DNA of 64,000 nucleotides from an uncultured Bacilli bacterium (GTDB taxonomy: Bacteria > Bacillota_I > Bacilli_A > RF39 > UBA660): contig CALVUP010000001.1 in the NCBI GenBank assembly GCA_944363635.1, positions 16,235 to 80,234 on the forward strand. Reading direction: 5' to 3'. This document shows, in pieces, positions 9,366 through 18,683 of this stretch; the first letter of the stretch is position 1, and each line of letters opens with the position of its first letter. The notes under the pieces were generated by a model, which saw nothing but the letters and a program-made list of their open reading frames with translations, ran no database searches and had not been told where the DNA came from. The position numbers were made by a program, and so were the translations under genes.

Positions 9366-9813
9366 AATGCCAAAGAAAGAACAAGAGTAAGATCAAAGAA
9401 ATCGCAAAAGATCATAAAATGGTGTCTGCGGTTAAAAACATTAGTAAATTTTCCTTGGATAAAGATCAAGCAGAATTATTAAAAAATACAGTTTAAATAA
9501 GAATGTTTTACAAACTATGAGGGTGCTAGATCAAAAAGATTGTATACAAAGTTTACAAGAAGATACTTTTGATAATCAAAAATTAGAACAAGAGTATAAT
9601 AGGGCGATTGAAATAGGAACAAAACCTAAGAGTCTTAAAAAGACCATGACAGAAATGTATAGACAAAAATAAGAAAATATGCTATTCTGTATATAGATGA
9701 AGAAAACTTCATAAAATAAAAAAGGGAATGCTTAATTGGCGATTGAGCACTTACCTGTATATGGTTGCACTTAATCTAGGATTGAGTGCTGTTTTCTTTT
9801 ATAAGCTTACTTC

Positions 9814-9891
9814 TTACAAAGTAAAAAGTAAAGATATAAGTAAGAAGATAATAATGAATAACGTAAAGATTAAAAAATCTTTTTTAAACAT
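9814..9891 (-). CDS. candidate type I toxin-like small hydrophobic peptide, 25 aa (locus A)
   Basis: GGAGGTGG RBS 4 nt before ATG. MFKKDFLIFTLFIIIFLLISLLFTL. Minus-strand TGTATAAT at 9952-9959. Convergent plus promoter TAGACA-17-TATTCT at 9660-9688. Confidence 0.35.
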   Translation of the reverse strand: MFKKDFLIFTLFIIIFLLISLLFTL

Positions 9892-10051
9892 ATTACCACC
9901 TCCAATCGTTATGAATGAAGGCAAGCACTCTTATTAAACATTCCATGTTCTATTATACAATAAGTAAACCTTGATAACAATCGAACAAAAGAAAAATATA
10001 TTACCAAATAGAACTATAGACAAAAATAAGAAAATATGCTATTCTGTATAT

Positions 10052-10167
10052 AGATGAAGAAAACTTCATAAAATAAAAAAGGGAACATTCAGTTTTGCAA
10101 AGTTGAATGTCTACCCTAATTAAACTGAGATAGACATTTAAGTCAAGGACTTAAGTGTCATTTTTTT
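10052..10167 (+). ncRNA. candidate antisense RNA of TA-like locus B
   Basis: Promoter TAGACA (10017-10022), 17 nt, TATTCT (10040-10045). 5' hairpin 'aacattcag...ttgaatgt'. Terminator stem gacatttaagt/acttaagtgtc at 10133-10159 plus T7, overlapping the 3' end of the minus-strand peptide gene. Confidence 0.35.
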
Positions 10168-10250
10168 ATTACAATTATCATAATGATAAAAAGGAACAAA
10201 ATGATAGAAATGAATTTTAGAACTTTTATGATAAAAGTTTTAGTTTTCAT
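10158..10250 (-). CDS. candidate type I toxin-like peptide, 30 aa (locus B)
   Basis: GGAGG RBS. MKTKTFIIKVLKFISIILFLFIIMIIVIKK. Minus-strand TGTATAAT at 10317-10324. The paralogue at 20919-21011 conserves the peptide despite an indel in the 5' UTR. Confidence 0.55.
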   Translation of the reverse strand: MKTKTFIIKVLKFISIILFLFIIMIIVIKK

Positions 10251-10471
10251 TTTATCAAACCTCCTCTCTGTATGAGATTTGGTAGACACTCAACAACTGG
10301 TATTACCTTAATCTTTATTATACAATAAGTAAACTTTGTACACAATGAAATCAGAATGATTTGCGTTGTAAGATTTTACCAAATTTATTTTCAATTACAA
10401 ACTTTGAAAACCTTGTAAATTATATAAAAATGTGCGATAATATAAGGGATTTATGTATAAGGAGGGAGAAT

Positions 10472-12217
10472 ATGAACGATACGCAGAGTATGGATGTTAT
10501 TAATCAAATCCGAAGCAAAGTCGATATTGTTGATATCATATCGGAATATCTCCCTCTAATGCAAAGAGGAAAGAATTTTTTTGGCGTTTGTCCTTTTCAT
10601 GATGATACGCATCCTTCAATGAGTGTCTCTCGTGAAAAGCAAATTTATAAATGCTTCTCTTGTGGCGCAAGTGGTAACGTATTTAACTTTATTATGGATT
10701 ATGAACATGTATCTTTTAGAGAAGCTCTTGTGATACTAGCAAACAAAACGGGAATTGATATTGGAAATGTACATGTAAAAAAAGAAAATAATAAATATGA
10801 AGAATTTTATAAAATTTATGATCTTGCTTTAAAATTTTTTCAAAACAATATAAATACTGCCCAAGGTAGACAAGCCAAAGAATATTTAGAACAAAGACAA
10901 ATTGATGAATCCATTATTAAAGAGTTTTCAATAGGGCTTGCTTTATCTTCAAGAGATAGTCTTCTTACCTTATTAACAAAGAAAAAGTATAGCAACAAAT
11001 TATTAAATGAACTCGGATTAACAGTAAACAATTATGATAATTTTATTGATCGTATTATTTTCCCACTTTGGGACGCAAATGGAAGAGTTGTTGGATTTAG
11101 TGGAAGAATTTATCATCCAAATAGCAACCAAAATAAATATGTAAACACCAAAGAAACGCCTATTTTTAAAAAAGGGCAAACAATATATAATTACCATAGA
11201 GCACGTGATTATGCAAGACGGGATAAGAGTATCATTATTATGGAAGGTTTTATGGATGTAATTCGTGCTTATACGATTGGAGTAAAAAATGTAGTGGCTT
11301 TAATGGGGACCGCTATGACCAAAGAGCAAATTCAATTAATTAAGCGCTTATCCAATCAAGTCATTCTTTGTTTTGATGGAGATGATGCAGGGCGTAAGGC
11401 GACACTTACAAATGGTGAATTATTGGTAAAAGCAGGAGTAAAAAAAATTAAGGTAATTGCGCTTGAAAATAATGAAGATCCGGATACCTATATTATTAAA
11501 AACAAAGGGGAAAAGTTTAAAGCACTCATTGAAAATGCAATGAATTATAGTGATTATAAAATCAATTCTTTAAAAATAGGCATTAATTTTAATAGTGATA
11601 TTGAGAAAAGTAACTATATCAATCAAGTCATAAAAGAGGCTTCTATGATAAAAGATGAAATTCGTGTAGAGATTCTATTAAAAAACCTTGCAAAAGAGTT
11701 TGATTTGAGTTATAATACCCTAGAAAAAAGATTAATGGAATTCAAATCCGATGAAGAAAAAAAACAAGAAAAAATAGATATACCAAAAGTGGAAAAACCA
11801 AAGCATAATAAATATGAAAAAGCAACCTATGAATATCTATATTATATGTTGGTAAATGAAAAAGCCATTATTTATTATGATCAAGAAAATATCTTTTTTC
11901 CAATTGAAAAGGCAAGATTTTTAGCATCTGAAATATCCTATTATTATAAAAAATATGGTAGAATTACAATTGCTGATTTTTATACTTATTTACAAGATAA
12001 AAAAGATTTACTTGCTTTATTGAATATTGTATTAACTTATGATAAAAAAGAACAGATTAATCAAGAAGATATCGAAGCTTTAGCTAAAGTGATACGAGAG
12101 TATAATGTGGTCCAAGAAATAAAAAGATTAAAGGAAAAAATGAAAAATGTAATAGATCCTTTAGAAAAAGCCAAAATAGCAGATGAGATAAGAAAGTTAA
12201 AAATAGGGAGTGTGTGA
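10472..12217 (+). CDS. dnaG: DNA primase
   Basis: Zinc-ribbon '[34 protein letters not shown]' and a TOPRIM region. AAGGAGGG RBS at ATG 10472; the track's upstream TTG extension was rejected. Confidence 0.9.
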   Translation: MNDTQSMDVINQIRSKVDIVDIISEYLPLMQRGKNFFGVCPFHDDTHPSMSVSREKQIYKCFSCGASGNVFNFIMDYEHVSFREALVILANKTGIDIGNVHVKKENNKYEEFYKIYDLALKFFQNNINTAQGRQAKEYLEQRQIDESIIKEFSIGLALSSRDSLLTLLTKKKYSNKLLNELGLTVNNYDNFIDRIIFPLWDANGRVVGFSGRIYHPNSNQNKYVNTKETPIFKKGQTIYNYHRARDYARRDKSIIIMEGFMDVIRAYTIGVKNVVALMGTAMTKEQIQLIKRLSNQVILCFDGDDAGRKATLTNGELLVKAGVKKIKVIALENNEDPDTYIIKNKGEKFKALIENAMNYSDYKINSLKIGINFNSDIEKSNYINQVIKEASMIKDEIRVEILLKNLAKEFDLSYNTLEKRLMEFKSDEEKKQEKIDIPKVEKPKHNKYEKATYEYLYYMLVNEKAIIYYDQENIFFPIEKARFLASEISYYYKKYGRITIADFYTYLQDKKDLLALLNIVLTYDKKEQINQEDIEALAKVIREYNVVQEIKRLKEKMKNVIDPLEKAKIADEIRKLKIGSV

Positions 12218-12219
12218 TC

Positions 12220-13305
12220 ATGGTACAAGAAATTAAAACTCTAGAAGAAAGAAAACAAAAACTAATTGCAAAAGGATTAGAACAAGGTTTTATTACATAT
12301 GAACAATTAGCGGAAGAATTAAAAGGGTTGGATGTAGATAGTGAAGGATTAGATGAACTTTATAACGCTTTTATGGAAAACAACATTGATGTAGTCAGTG
12401 AAAACGAAGATGAAGATCCTGATGAAGATCCTGCAAACATGAAAGTAGAGGATTTAACATTTAGTAAAGATATTAAAATTAATGATCCTGTTCGAATGTA
12501 TTTAAAAGAAATCGGTCGAATTAATTTGTTAACTTCTGATGAAGAATATGAATATGCACTACGTGCTGAACAAGGAGATGAATATGCAAAGCAAATGCTT
12601 GCAGAATCTAACTTACGTTTGGTTGTTAGTATTGCCAAAAGATATGTAGGACGTGGAATGTTGTTTTTGGATTTAATTCAAGAAGGGAACATTGGTCTAA
12701 TGAAAGCGGTAGACAAATTTGATCCATCAAAAGGATATAAATTTTCTACTTATGCAACATGGTGGATAAGACAAGCCATAACCAGAGCAATTGCGGATCA
12801 AGCAAGAACTATTCGTGTACCGGTGCATATGGTAGAAACGATTAATAAACTTGCAAGAACACAAAGACAATTAACGCAAGAGTTAAATAGAGAACCAACC
12901 GAAGAAGAGCTTGCTAAAAGATTAGGAATTACGATTGATAAAGTAAGAGAAGTCTATAAGATATCACAAGATCCTGTTTCTTTGGAAACACCAATTGGAG
13001 AAGAAGATGATTCACATTTAGGAGATTTTATCAAGGATGAAAGAACAATGTCTCCAGAAGAATACGCAACTGCAGAACTTTTAAAAGAAGAATTATCAGG
13101 TGTTTTATTAACATTAACGGATAGAGAGGAAAAAGTACTAAGACTTCGTTTTGGACTTGACGATGGACAGTGTAGAACTCTAGAAGAAGTAGGACAAATC
13201 TTTGGTGTAACGAGAGAGAGAATTAGACAAATTGAAGCCAAAGCCTTAAGGAAATTAAGACATCCATCTCGAAGTAGAAAACTAAAAGATTTCTTAACAG
13301 ACTAA
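12220..13305 (+). CDS. rpoD: primary sigma factor SigA/RpoD
   Basis: Near-identical to Bacillus SigA regions 2-4 ([27 protein letters not shown]...). Classic dnaG-rpoD order. Confidence 0.9.
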   Translation: MVQEIKTLEERKQKLIAKGLEQGFITYEQLAEELKGLDVDSEGLDELYNAFMENNIDVVSENEDEDPDEDPANMKVEDLTFSKDIKINDPVRMYLKEIGRINLLTSDEEYEYALRAEQGDEYAKQMLAESNLRLVVSIAKRYVGRGMLFLDLIQEGNIGLMKAVDKFDPSKGYKFSTYATWWIRQAITRAIADQARTIRVPVHMVETINKLARTQRQLTQELNREPTEEELAKRLGITIDKVREVYKISQDPVSLETPIGEEDDSHLGDFIKDERTMSPEEYATAELLKEELSGVLLTLTDREEKVLRLRFGLDDGQCRTLEEVGQIFGVTRERIRQIEAKALRKLRHPSRSRKLKDFLTD

Positions 13306-13943
13306 TGAAAATCAGTAAAAGATTACAAGCAATTGCAAGCTATGTAGAAGAAAATAGTAAAGTAATTGATGTTGGATGTGATCATGCTTTATTAGATCTT
13401 TATCTAGTAGAAAACAAGAAGAATGTTAAAGTCATTGCTTCAGATAACAAAGAAGGACCATTACAAAAAGCCAAAGAAAATATAAAAAAATACAACTTAG
13501 AAGATAAAATAGAAGTCATGCTTGCAGATGGCCTTGAAAAATTAGATACCAAAACAGATACTATAGTCATTGCAGGAATGGGGTATTTAACCATAAAAGA
13601 AATATTAACAAAAGGGGACTTATCTCATATAACTAATATGATTGTATCTACGAATGATGACTTTGATGATACAAAAGCATTCATTGAAAAAATTGGTTTT
13701 TCAATTCAAAAAGAAGAAATCGTAGAAGATCATAATAAATTTTATATCATCATAAAGGCTACAAAAGGTAGAAAAAAGTCTATAGATATAAAAAAAAGAA
13801 ATAAAGACTATCAAAAGTATTTAGAATATACTATAATAAAGAAAAGAGAGATTTTAAGTAAACTTCCAAGAAGCAAAATAAAAACTCGCTTTCAAATCTA
13901 TAAACAATTAAAAAAACTAGAAAAAGAATTAAAAAGCTTATAA
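13305..13943 (+). CDS. trmK: SAM-dependent tRNA (adenine22-N1)-methyltransferase-like, TrmK family
   Basis: 'VIDVGCDHALLDLYLVE' SAM-binding motif. Position after rpoD is conserved in Firmicutes. Confidence 0.65.
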   Translation: MKISKRLQAIASYVEENSKVIDVGCDHALLDLYLVENKKNVKVIASDNKEGPLQKAKENIKKYNLEDKIEVMLADGLEKLDTKTDTIVIAGMGYLTIKEILTKGDLSHITNMIVSTNDDFDDTKAFIEKIGFSIQKEEIVEDHNKFYIIIKATKGRKKSIDIKKRNKDYQKYLEYTIIKKREILSKLPRSKIKTRFQIYKQLKKLEKELKSL

Positions 13944-13957
13944 TTCTTTTCTAAATT

Positions 13958-14031
13958 GCCGCTTTAGTTAAATGGTATAACAAAGCCATGGTAAGGCTTA
14001 GTTACAAGTTCGATTCTTGTAAGTGGCACCA
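13958..14031 (+). tRNA. tRNA-Thr (anticodon GGU)
   Basis: Hand-folded. Acceptor gccgctt/aagtggc, D-arm gtt..aac, anticodon stem aagcc/ggctt with loop atGGTaa, T-arm acaag-ttcgatt-cttgt, encoded CCA. Confidence 0.8.
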
Positions 14032-14042
14032 CTTGTGTATTT

Positions 14043-14075
14043 AACCTTGAGAAATCAAGGTTTTTTATTTTTTAT
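14043..14075 (+). terminator. rho-independent terminator after tRNA-Thr
   Basis: aaccttga-gaaa-tcaaggtt followed by ttttttatttttt. Confidence 0.6.
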
Positions 14076-14145
14076 AAATGATTGAAATAATTGACAGATA
14101 AATTGGGTAGGAATATAATAATAATCATTTCTAGGGGGGGAAAAT

Positions 14146-14715
14146 ATGGAAAAACTAAATTTGAAAAACTGTTTATATCATGGCATTGTAGATTGGAATA
14201 ATTATACTTGTAAATTTTCAAATGATGATTTTTGTTTATCAAAGCTTTAATCTATTTTAAAAACTAGATATATTTTAAGGCCTTGTGATTTTAGAAAAAA
14301 TGGAATTACTCATGGGGATGTTGCAAATGTTTATACGCATTATTTTACTTTTGTGGCATGCCATCCAGATAGTGAATATGCTGTAAGATTTAAAAAAGAT
14401 ATAGAAGAAGATAATGGATATATGGTTGCAACAGAATATGCCCACTTTGGAATTCTACTTAGCCCTAAAATAATTAATGAGTTGCCCATATGGAATGAAC
14501 CTTTCTGTGATAAAGAAATACCGGTGGATGCAAATATATCATTGGATCAGTTTGGCCTAGGTATATATATAAATGCATCTTATTACACGTCAAAACTTTG
14601 TGAAAAAATAAGAATATTACTTGATCAATACAATTATGATTTTGATGTTATATGTTTGGATAATAAGGATAAAAAGGCCATTTCAAAATCAAACGAAAAA
14701 GTTTTAAAGAAATAA
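14146..14715 (+). pseudogene. gene under a consensus promoter interrupted by an in-frame TAA (nonsense pseudogene or possible readthrough)
   Basis: TTGACA (14091-14096), 17 nt, TATAAT (14114-14119). GGGGGGG RBS. ATG 14146 encodes MEKLNLKNCLYHGIVDWNNYTCKFSNDDFCLSKL then TAA at 14248-14250. The same frame stays open into track ORF 14353..14715, which has no RBS of its own and a GTG start. Confidence 0.45.
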
Positions 14716-14778
14716 AGGAAAATGATTAAATTTATATGTTATAATCAAACAAAAGAAATGTAAGGATGGTGAAGATAA

Positions 14779-15996
14779 ATGAGAGTATTTATCTGTGGAG
14801 GTGGATCTGGAAATGATACAACAGAAGCGACAAAAAGGTTAAACGATATCATTGATCACACAAAACCAATATTATATATTCCTTTAGCGATGGATGAAGT
14901 GAAACATCCTTATGATGGATGCTTTCAGTGGGTCACTAGTGAATTAGCTCATGTAGAAGTTCCATATATTGACATGGTTCTAAGTTTTGATGAATTAGAA
15001 ACCAAAAACTATCAAGATTATGCTGCTTTATTTATTGGTGGAGGCAATACTTTTAAATTATTAAAAGGCTTAAAAGAGACAAAATGTTTTGAAAAAATAC
15101 AGGAATATCTTCAGAATAATGGTATTGTATTCGGCGGAAGTGCTGGAGCTATTATTTTAGGAAACTATATTGATACGTGTAAATATGCAGATAAAAATGA
15201 AGTGAATCTAGAAGACTTAAGGGGATTTAATGTCATCAATAATTATTCTTTGTTGTGTCATTTTACCAATCAAGATCAAAATAAAACAGAGTTAAATCGA
15301 AAATATTTATTGGAACTATCTAAAGAAGAACAAATCATAGCTTTACCAGAAGAAGTAACCTTGTACATTGAAGATGGCAAATATAAAATTTTTGGGAATA
15401 AGCCATTTTATATTTTTGAAAAGGGAAATATAATTACATATAATTCTAGTTTTGATCGAGTAAATAAATATAATGAAATTAAAAGTGCAAATGAATTGTT
15501 AGAGTTTATGAATACCAATATTTCTTATGGATTTGTTGATGATAAAAACAATCTACATTTTAATAATTTAATCAATTTTAGAAAAGATTATAGAACCGGT
15601 TCGATTGAAGAAATATTACAAAGTGGTTTAGGAACTTGTATTGAACAAGTTAAATTAGAAAGAGATGTATTTAATAAATTGGGTGTAGAAAACAAATTGT
15701 ATTGCTATAGAGCCTATGAAAATGAAGATAATTTCGATCAAGAAGTAAGAATGCACTGTTTTGTTTTATTTCAGTTTCAAAACAATTGGTACCATTTTGA
15801 ACATTCTAACAGCAAAAACCGAGGTATACATGCTTATGGATCTATAGAGCAAGCACTCGATACAATTACAAGTCGATATGAAGAACAAGGAGATATCCGC
15901 ACATTAACAGAAATTGATTGTATACCTGATCATTTAACTTTTAAAGAATTTAATGAATATGTAAACCAGTTTGATAATAAAAAACGAACGAAATAA
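14779..15996 (+). CDS. fusion of peptidase S51 (PepE-like) with a transglutaminase-like cysteine peptidase domain
   Basis: N-terminus 'FIGGGNTFKLLKGL...GGSAGAIILG' fits S51. C-terminus 'GLGTCIEQVKLERDVFNKLGV...RMHCFVLFQFQNNWYHFEHSN' fits a TGase-like Cys-His-Asp core. Confidence 0.55.
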   Translation: MRVFICGGGSGNDTTEATKRLNDIIDHTKPILYIPLAMDEVKHPYDGCFQWVTSELAHVEVPYIDMVLSFDELETKNYQDYAALFIGGGNTFKLLKGLKETKCFEKIQEYLQNNGIVFGGSAGAIILGNYIDTCKYADKNEVNLEDLRGFNVINNYSLLCHFTNQDQNKTELNRKYLLELSKEEQIIALPEEVTLYIEDGKYKIFGNKPFYIFEKGNIITYNSSFDRVNKYNEIKSANELLEFMNTNISYGFVDDKNNLHFNNLINFRKDYRTGSIEEILQSGLGTCIEQVKLERDVFNKLGVENKLYCYRAYENEDNFDQEVRMHCFVLFQFQNNWYHFEHSNSKNRGIHAYGSIEQALDTITSRYEEQGDIRTLTEIDCIPDHLTFKEFNEYVNQFDNKKRTK

Positions 15997-16080
15997 ACCT
16001 TTTTTTCATAAAAATAGATAGACTATAAAAAAGGATAAATTATGTTATACTGTATTCAGTAAAATAAAAGGAGTGTAGAT

Positions 16081-17178
16081 ATGAATTTTTTAGAATTGAT
16101 GAATCAAGTAAATAATTTTGATGTAAAAAATAAAGAAGGAATGCTAGAAATTGTAAATAACATAAATATTAATAATGAGAATTTTAATGAATGGGTAGAA
16201 AATGTTTTTAGTGAAAAGATAAATGATTTTGATATGAATAAATTACCATATTTAATAGATACACTATATCAAACCAATGATAAAACGAAATTTATGTTGT
16301 GTTGTATGTTATTAGAATCCACTTGTGATAAATTAAGCTTTATAACTCATTTGGAAAACTATCCTTTATTTGAAGAAAAATTTAAGAGTTTAGTACCTAC
16401 GTTAGTAACCGTATATGAACAAGTTGATAATGGTGTCGCAAATTGCATGTCTTTAATCATAATGAATAAGGATCCAGAGTTTAAATATTTTAATCAAGAG
16501 TCAAAAGAAACATTAATTGAAGCAACCAAGAGAAAGCTAAACGATATTTTAGATTATTTAAAAACATCAAATATAAATCCGATCGTTTTTGATGATTTGG
16601 AAATAATTGTGGATATAGCTTGTTATTTAAAAGACAATGAGATTAGTAAAATTATAGATGAAATTGATCATCTTGGAAAAAATGGTAATGCAGATCTATT
16701 TATCATTAAGTATAAAATAATTAATAATTTGAATATTTCTAAAGAAAAAGTTCAGAAATTTATAAATGAAGATGAAAAATTATTTGTATTATATAATATA
16801 ATGGAAAAATTGCATGTAAATAATATATATTTAAAAGATGTATCCCAAGAACAAATTGCAAAATCAGATATGATTCGATGGTTAAGTTATCCTACTGAAC
16901 TTGGTTCTGCTCCTGATAAAATAGAATTGCTTGGAGAATTTATTTTTAATAATACAAGATGCTTTGCTTTTAAATTTTCAAAAGAAGACTTCCATATTAA
17001 GGGAGACTTACTAGGCGTATCAGGTGGCTATCCAATGGATAAGGTCAGTTCCATGACATCTGGTTATACTTTTTCCAAGTTTGAAGTATTATCTGAAAAT
17101 TGGCAAAAACAAGCAAAAGAGTTGGTTGAATTTATTTCTGAATATTGGAAAAATAGAGCAAACGATAATAAAAGATAA
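16081..17178 (+). CDS. hypothetical protein
   Basis: Long ORF with AAAGGAG RBS. No recognisable motif. Confidence 0.5.
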   Translation: MNFLELMNQVNNFDVKNKEGMLEIVNNININNENFNEWVENVFSEKINDFDMNKLPYLIDTLYQTNDKTKFMLCCMLLESTCDKLSFITHLENYPLFEEKFKSLVPTLVTVYEQVDNGVANCMSLIIMNKDPEFKYFNQESKETLIEATKRKLNDILDYLKTSNINPIVFDDLEIIVDIACYLKDNEISKIIDEIDHLGKNGNADLFIIKYKIINNLNISKEKVQKFINEDEKLFVLYNIMEKLHVNNIYLKDVSQEQIAKSDMIRWLSYPTELGSAPDKIELLGEFIFNNTRCFAFKFSKEDFHIKGDLLGVSGGYPMDKVSSMTSGYTFSKFEVLSENWQKQAKELVEFISEYWKNRANDNKR

Positions 17179-17337
17179 TTTTTAATATTACAAAGTTGAA
17201 CCTTTATAATTGACCTGCACTTAATCTTTCAAGTTTATATGCTTTTCTTTTCGTGATTTGCTATCTTTTCAATAATGAATAGAAAAAAACTAACCAATTT
17301 ATCATTTTGTTTACTATATAAGTGAAAGGTGATTGTT

Positions 17338-17811
17338 GTGGATAAAATTTACGATGAATATTATTACAAAATATATAATTGGGCAATCAAGAAAACAAAT
17401 AATAAAGAAGATGCGGAAGACTTAACCAATAGTGTTTTTCTTGCTATATTTGAATACTTAAATAAAAACATAAGCATCAAACAAGTGGAAAATTTAATAT
17501 GGAAAATTGCTTATAATTTATGGTGCACCAAAGCAAAAGACTATATAAAAGAAAAAAAGAATGTAACTTTTGATGAGGAATATCAACTTGGTTATGAAGA
17601 AAAAATGTTAGATAAAATTATATATAAAGAAATTGTGAATAATATAGATCATATCGGTTTGACAGGAAAAGAAAAAAATGCTTTTCAAATGTATTATCTA
17701 CAAGACCTTTCAATAAAAGAAATTAGTGAAAAACTGGGTACAAAAGAGGCAAATATAAAATATTATTTGTATAGTGCTAGAAATAAAATAAAGGAGAGAT
17801 ACCATGAATAA
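17338..17811 (+). CDS. sigma-70 family (ECF-like) RNA polymerase sigma factor
   Basis: Region 2-like 'DAEDLTNSVFLAIFEYL' and region 4 HTH 'LSIKEISEKLGTKEANIKYYLYSARNKIKE'. Start chosen at GTG 17338 after AAAGGTGA. Confidence 0.55.
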   Translation: MDKIYDEYYYKIYNWAIKKTNNKEDAEDLTNSVFLAIFEYLNKNISIKQVENLIWKIAYNLWCTKAKDYIKEKKNVTFDEEYQLGYEEKMLDKIIYKEIVNNIDHIGLTGKEKNAFQMYYLQDLSIKEISEKLGTKEANIKYYLYSARNKIKERYHE

Positions 17812-18493
17812 TTTAAATTTAGACAAATATTTAAACCTTGCAAACGAAGAAAAAAGAAAGAGGGGATTAGATACATATATTCCTTTATATCCTATGTTAA
17901 GAGTTGAAGATCACAAGATGTATATCGGTGTTTTACTTACCAAAGAAGAGGATAAAGTATGGGATATTGGGGGAAATGTAAAAGGAGAATACTGGATATT
18001 GATTGATATAGAAAGTAATAAAATTGTGGCATTCAATAAAACAGAGGAAAATGACTTTGTAGCAGGCTCTTTCATTCCTAAAAGTACTGATAACAAGCAA
18101 AAAGAAATTTCGAAATATACAGTTCAAAAGGCATTACAGTATAGAAATTACTTAATAGAAGATATTAAAAATGAGCAATTGCCATTACAGAAAAGATTGT
18201 CTGATCTATTAGGAACTGAAATGGAAATCGATGGAGAAAATGTGAATATAAATGATTATTTATTATCAAATTTAGAAGAAGAAATAAAATCTAAAGTTGA
18301 TGATTTAGTAAATATTTTGATTTATTCCAAATATGGAGCTATTACTTTCTATTATGATAAGTTATTTAGTCAAATTGTAAATAATTATAAAGAACACAGC
18401 ATTATAGATAAGGAAAAAATTAAATTATGTATTGAAATTATGAACAATTACTATGATGGTGTAATTGGAATTGATAATTTTTTTAATATTTAA
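17804..18493 (+). CDS. hypothetical protein, possible partner of the preceding sigma factor
   Basis: Translationally coupled (8-nt overlap) with the sigma gene. No TM segment or motif recognised. Confidence 0.45.
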   Translation: MNNLNLDKYLNLANEEKRKRGLDTYIPLYPMLRVEDHKMYIGVLLTKEEDKVWDIGGNVKGEYWILIDIESNKIVAFNKTEENDFVAGSFIPKSTDNKQKEISKYTVQKALQYRNYLIEDIKNEQLPLQKRLSDLLGTEMEIDGENVNINDYLLSNLEEEIKSKVDDLVNILIYSKYGAITFYYDKLFSQIVNNYKEHSIIDKEKIKLCIEIMNNYYDGVIGIDNFFNI

Positions 18494-18683
18494 TTCATCT
18501 TGAAAAATAATAAAAGATACACAAGAACATTTTAAAAATTCATGTGTATCTTTTTATTAAATTTATATTTTATTTGTTAAAAAATGCAATAGAAAGTATA
18601 AGTACCCTAAAAAATTGAACGTATATAGTAATATATGATATACTGTTAATAGTAATGTATAAAAGGATAAAGGATGTTATGCT

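Noticed and set aside
9728-9937. Plus-strand 69-aa ORF in TA-like locus A
   Set aside because: The ATG immediately abuts GGGA with no spacer. The paralogous loci B and C have no equivalent plus-strand ORF, while minus-strand peptides with strong RBSs are present. Kept only as an alternative in the finding.
10201-10275. Plus-strand small ORFs in loci B and C (MIEMNFRTFMIKVLVFILSNLLSV and MIVMSLRTFIIKALVFIFIKPPLYKD)
   Set aside because: A 1-nt indel between the two copies changes their frame and C-terminus but leaves the minus-strand 30-aa peptides intact. This points to selection acting on the minus strand.
10361-10471. Track's 5' extensions for dnaG (TTG at 10361), rpoD (GTG 12214), pbp (TTG 45467), ftsW (GTG 51872), dnaI (GTG 62678) and others
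   Set aside because: Each has an in-frame ATG a few codons downstream, preceded by a canonical GGAGG/AGGTG RBS. The extensions run through promoters, terminators or upstream stops.
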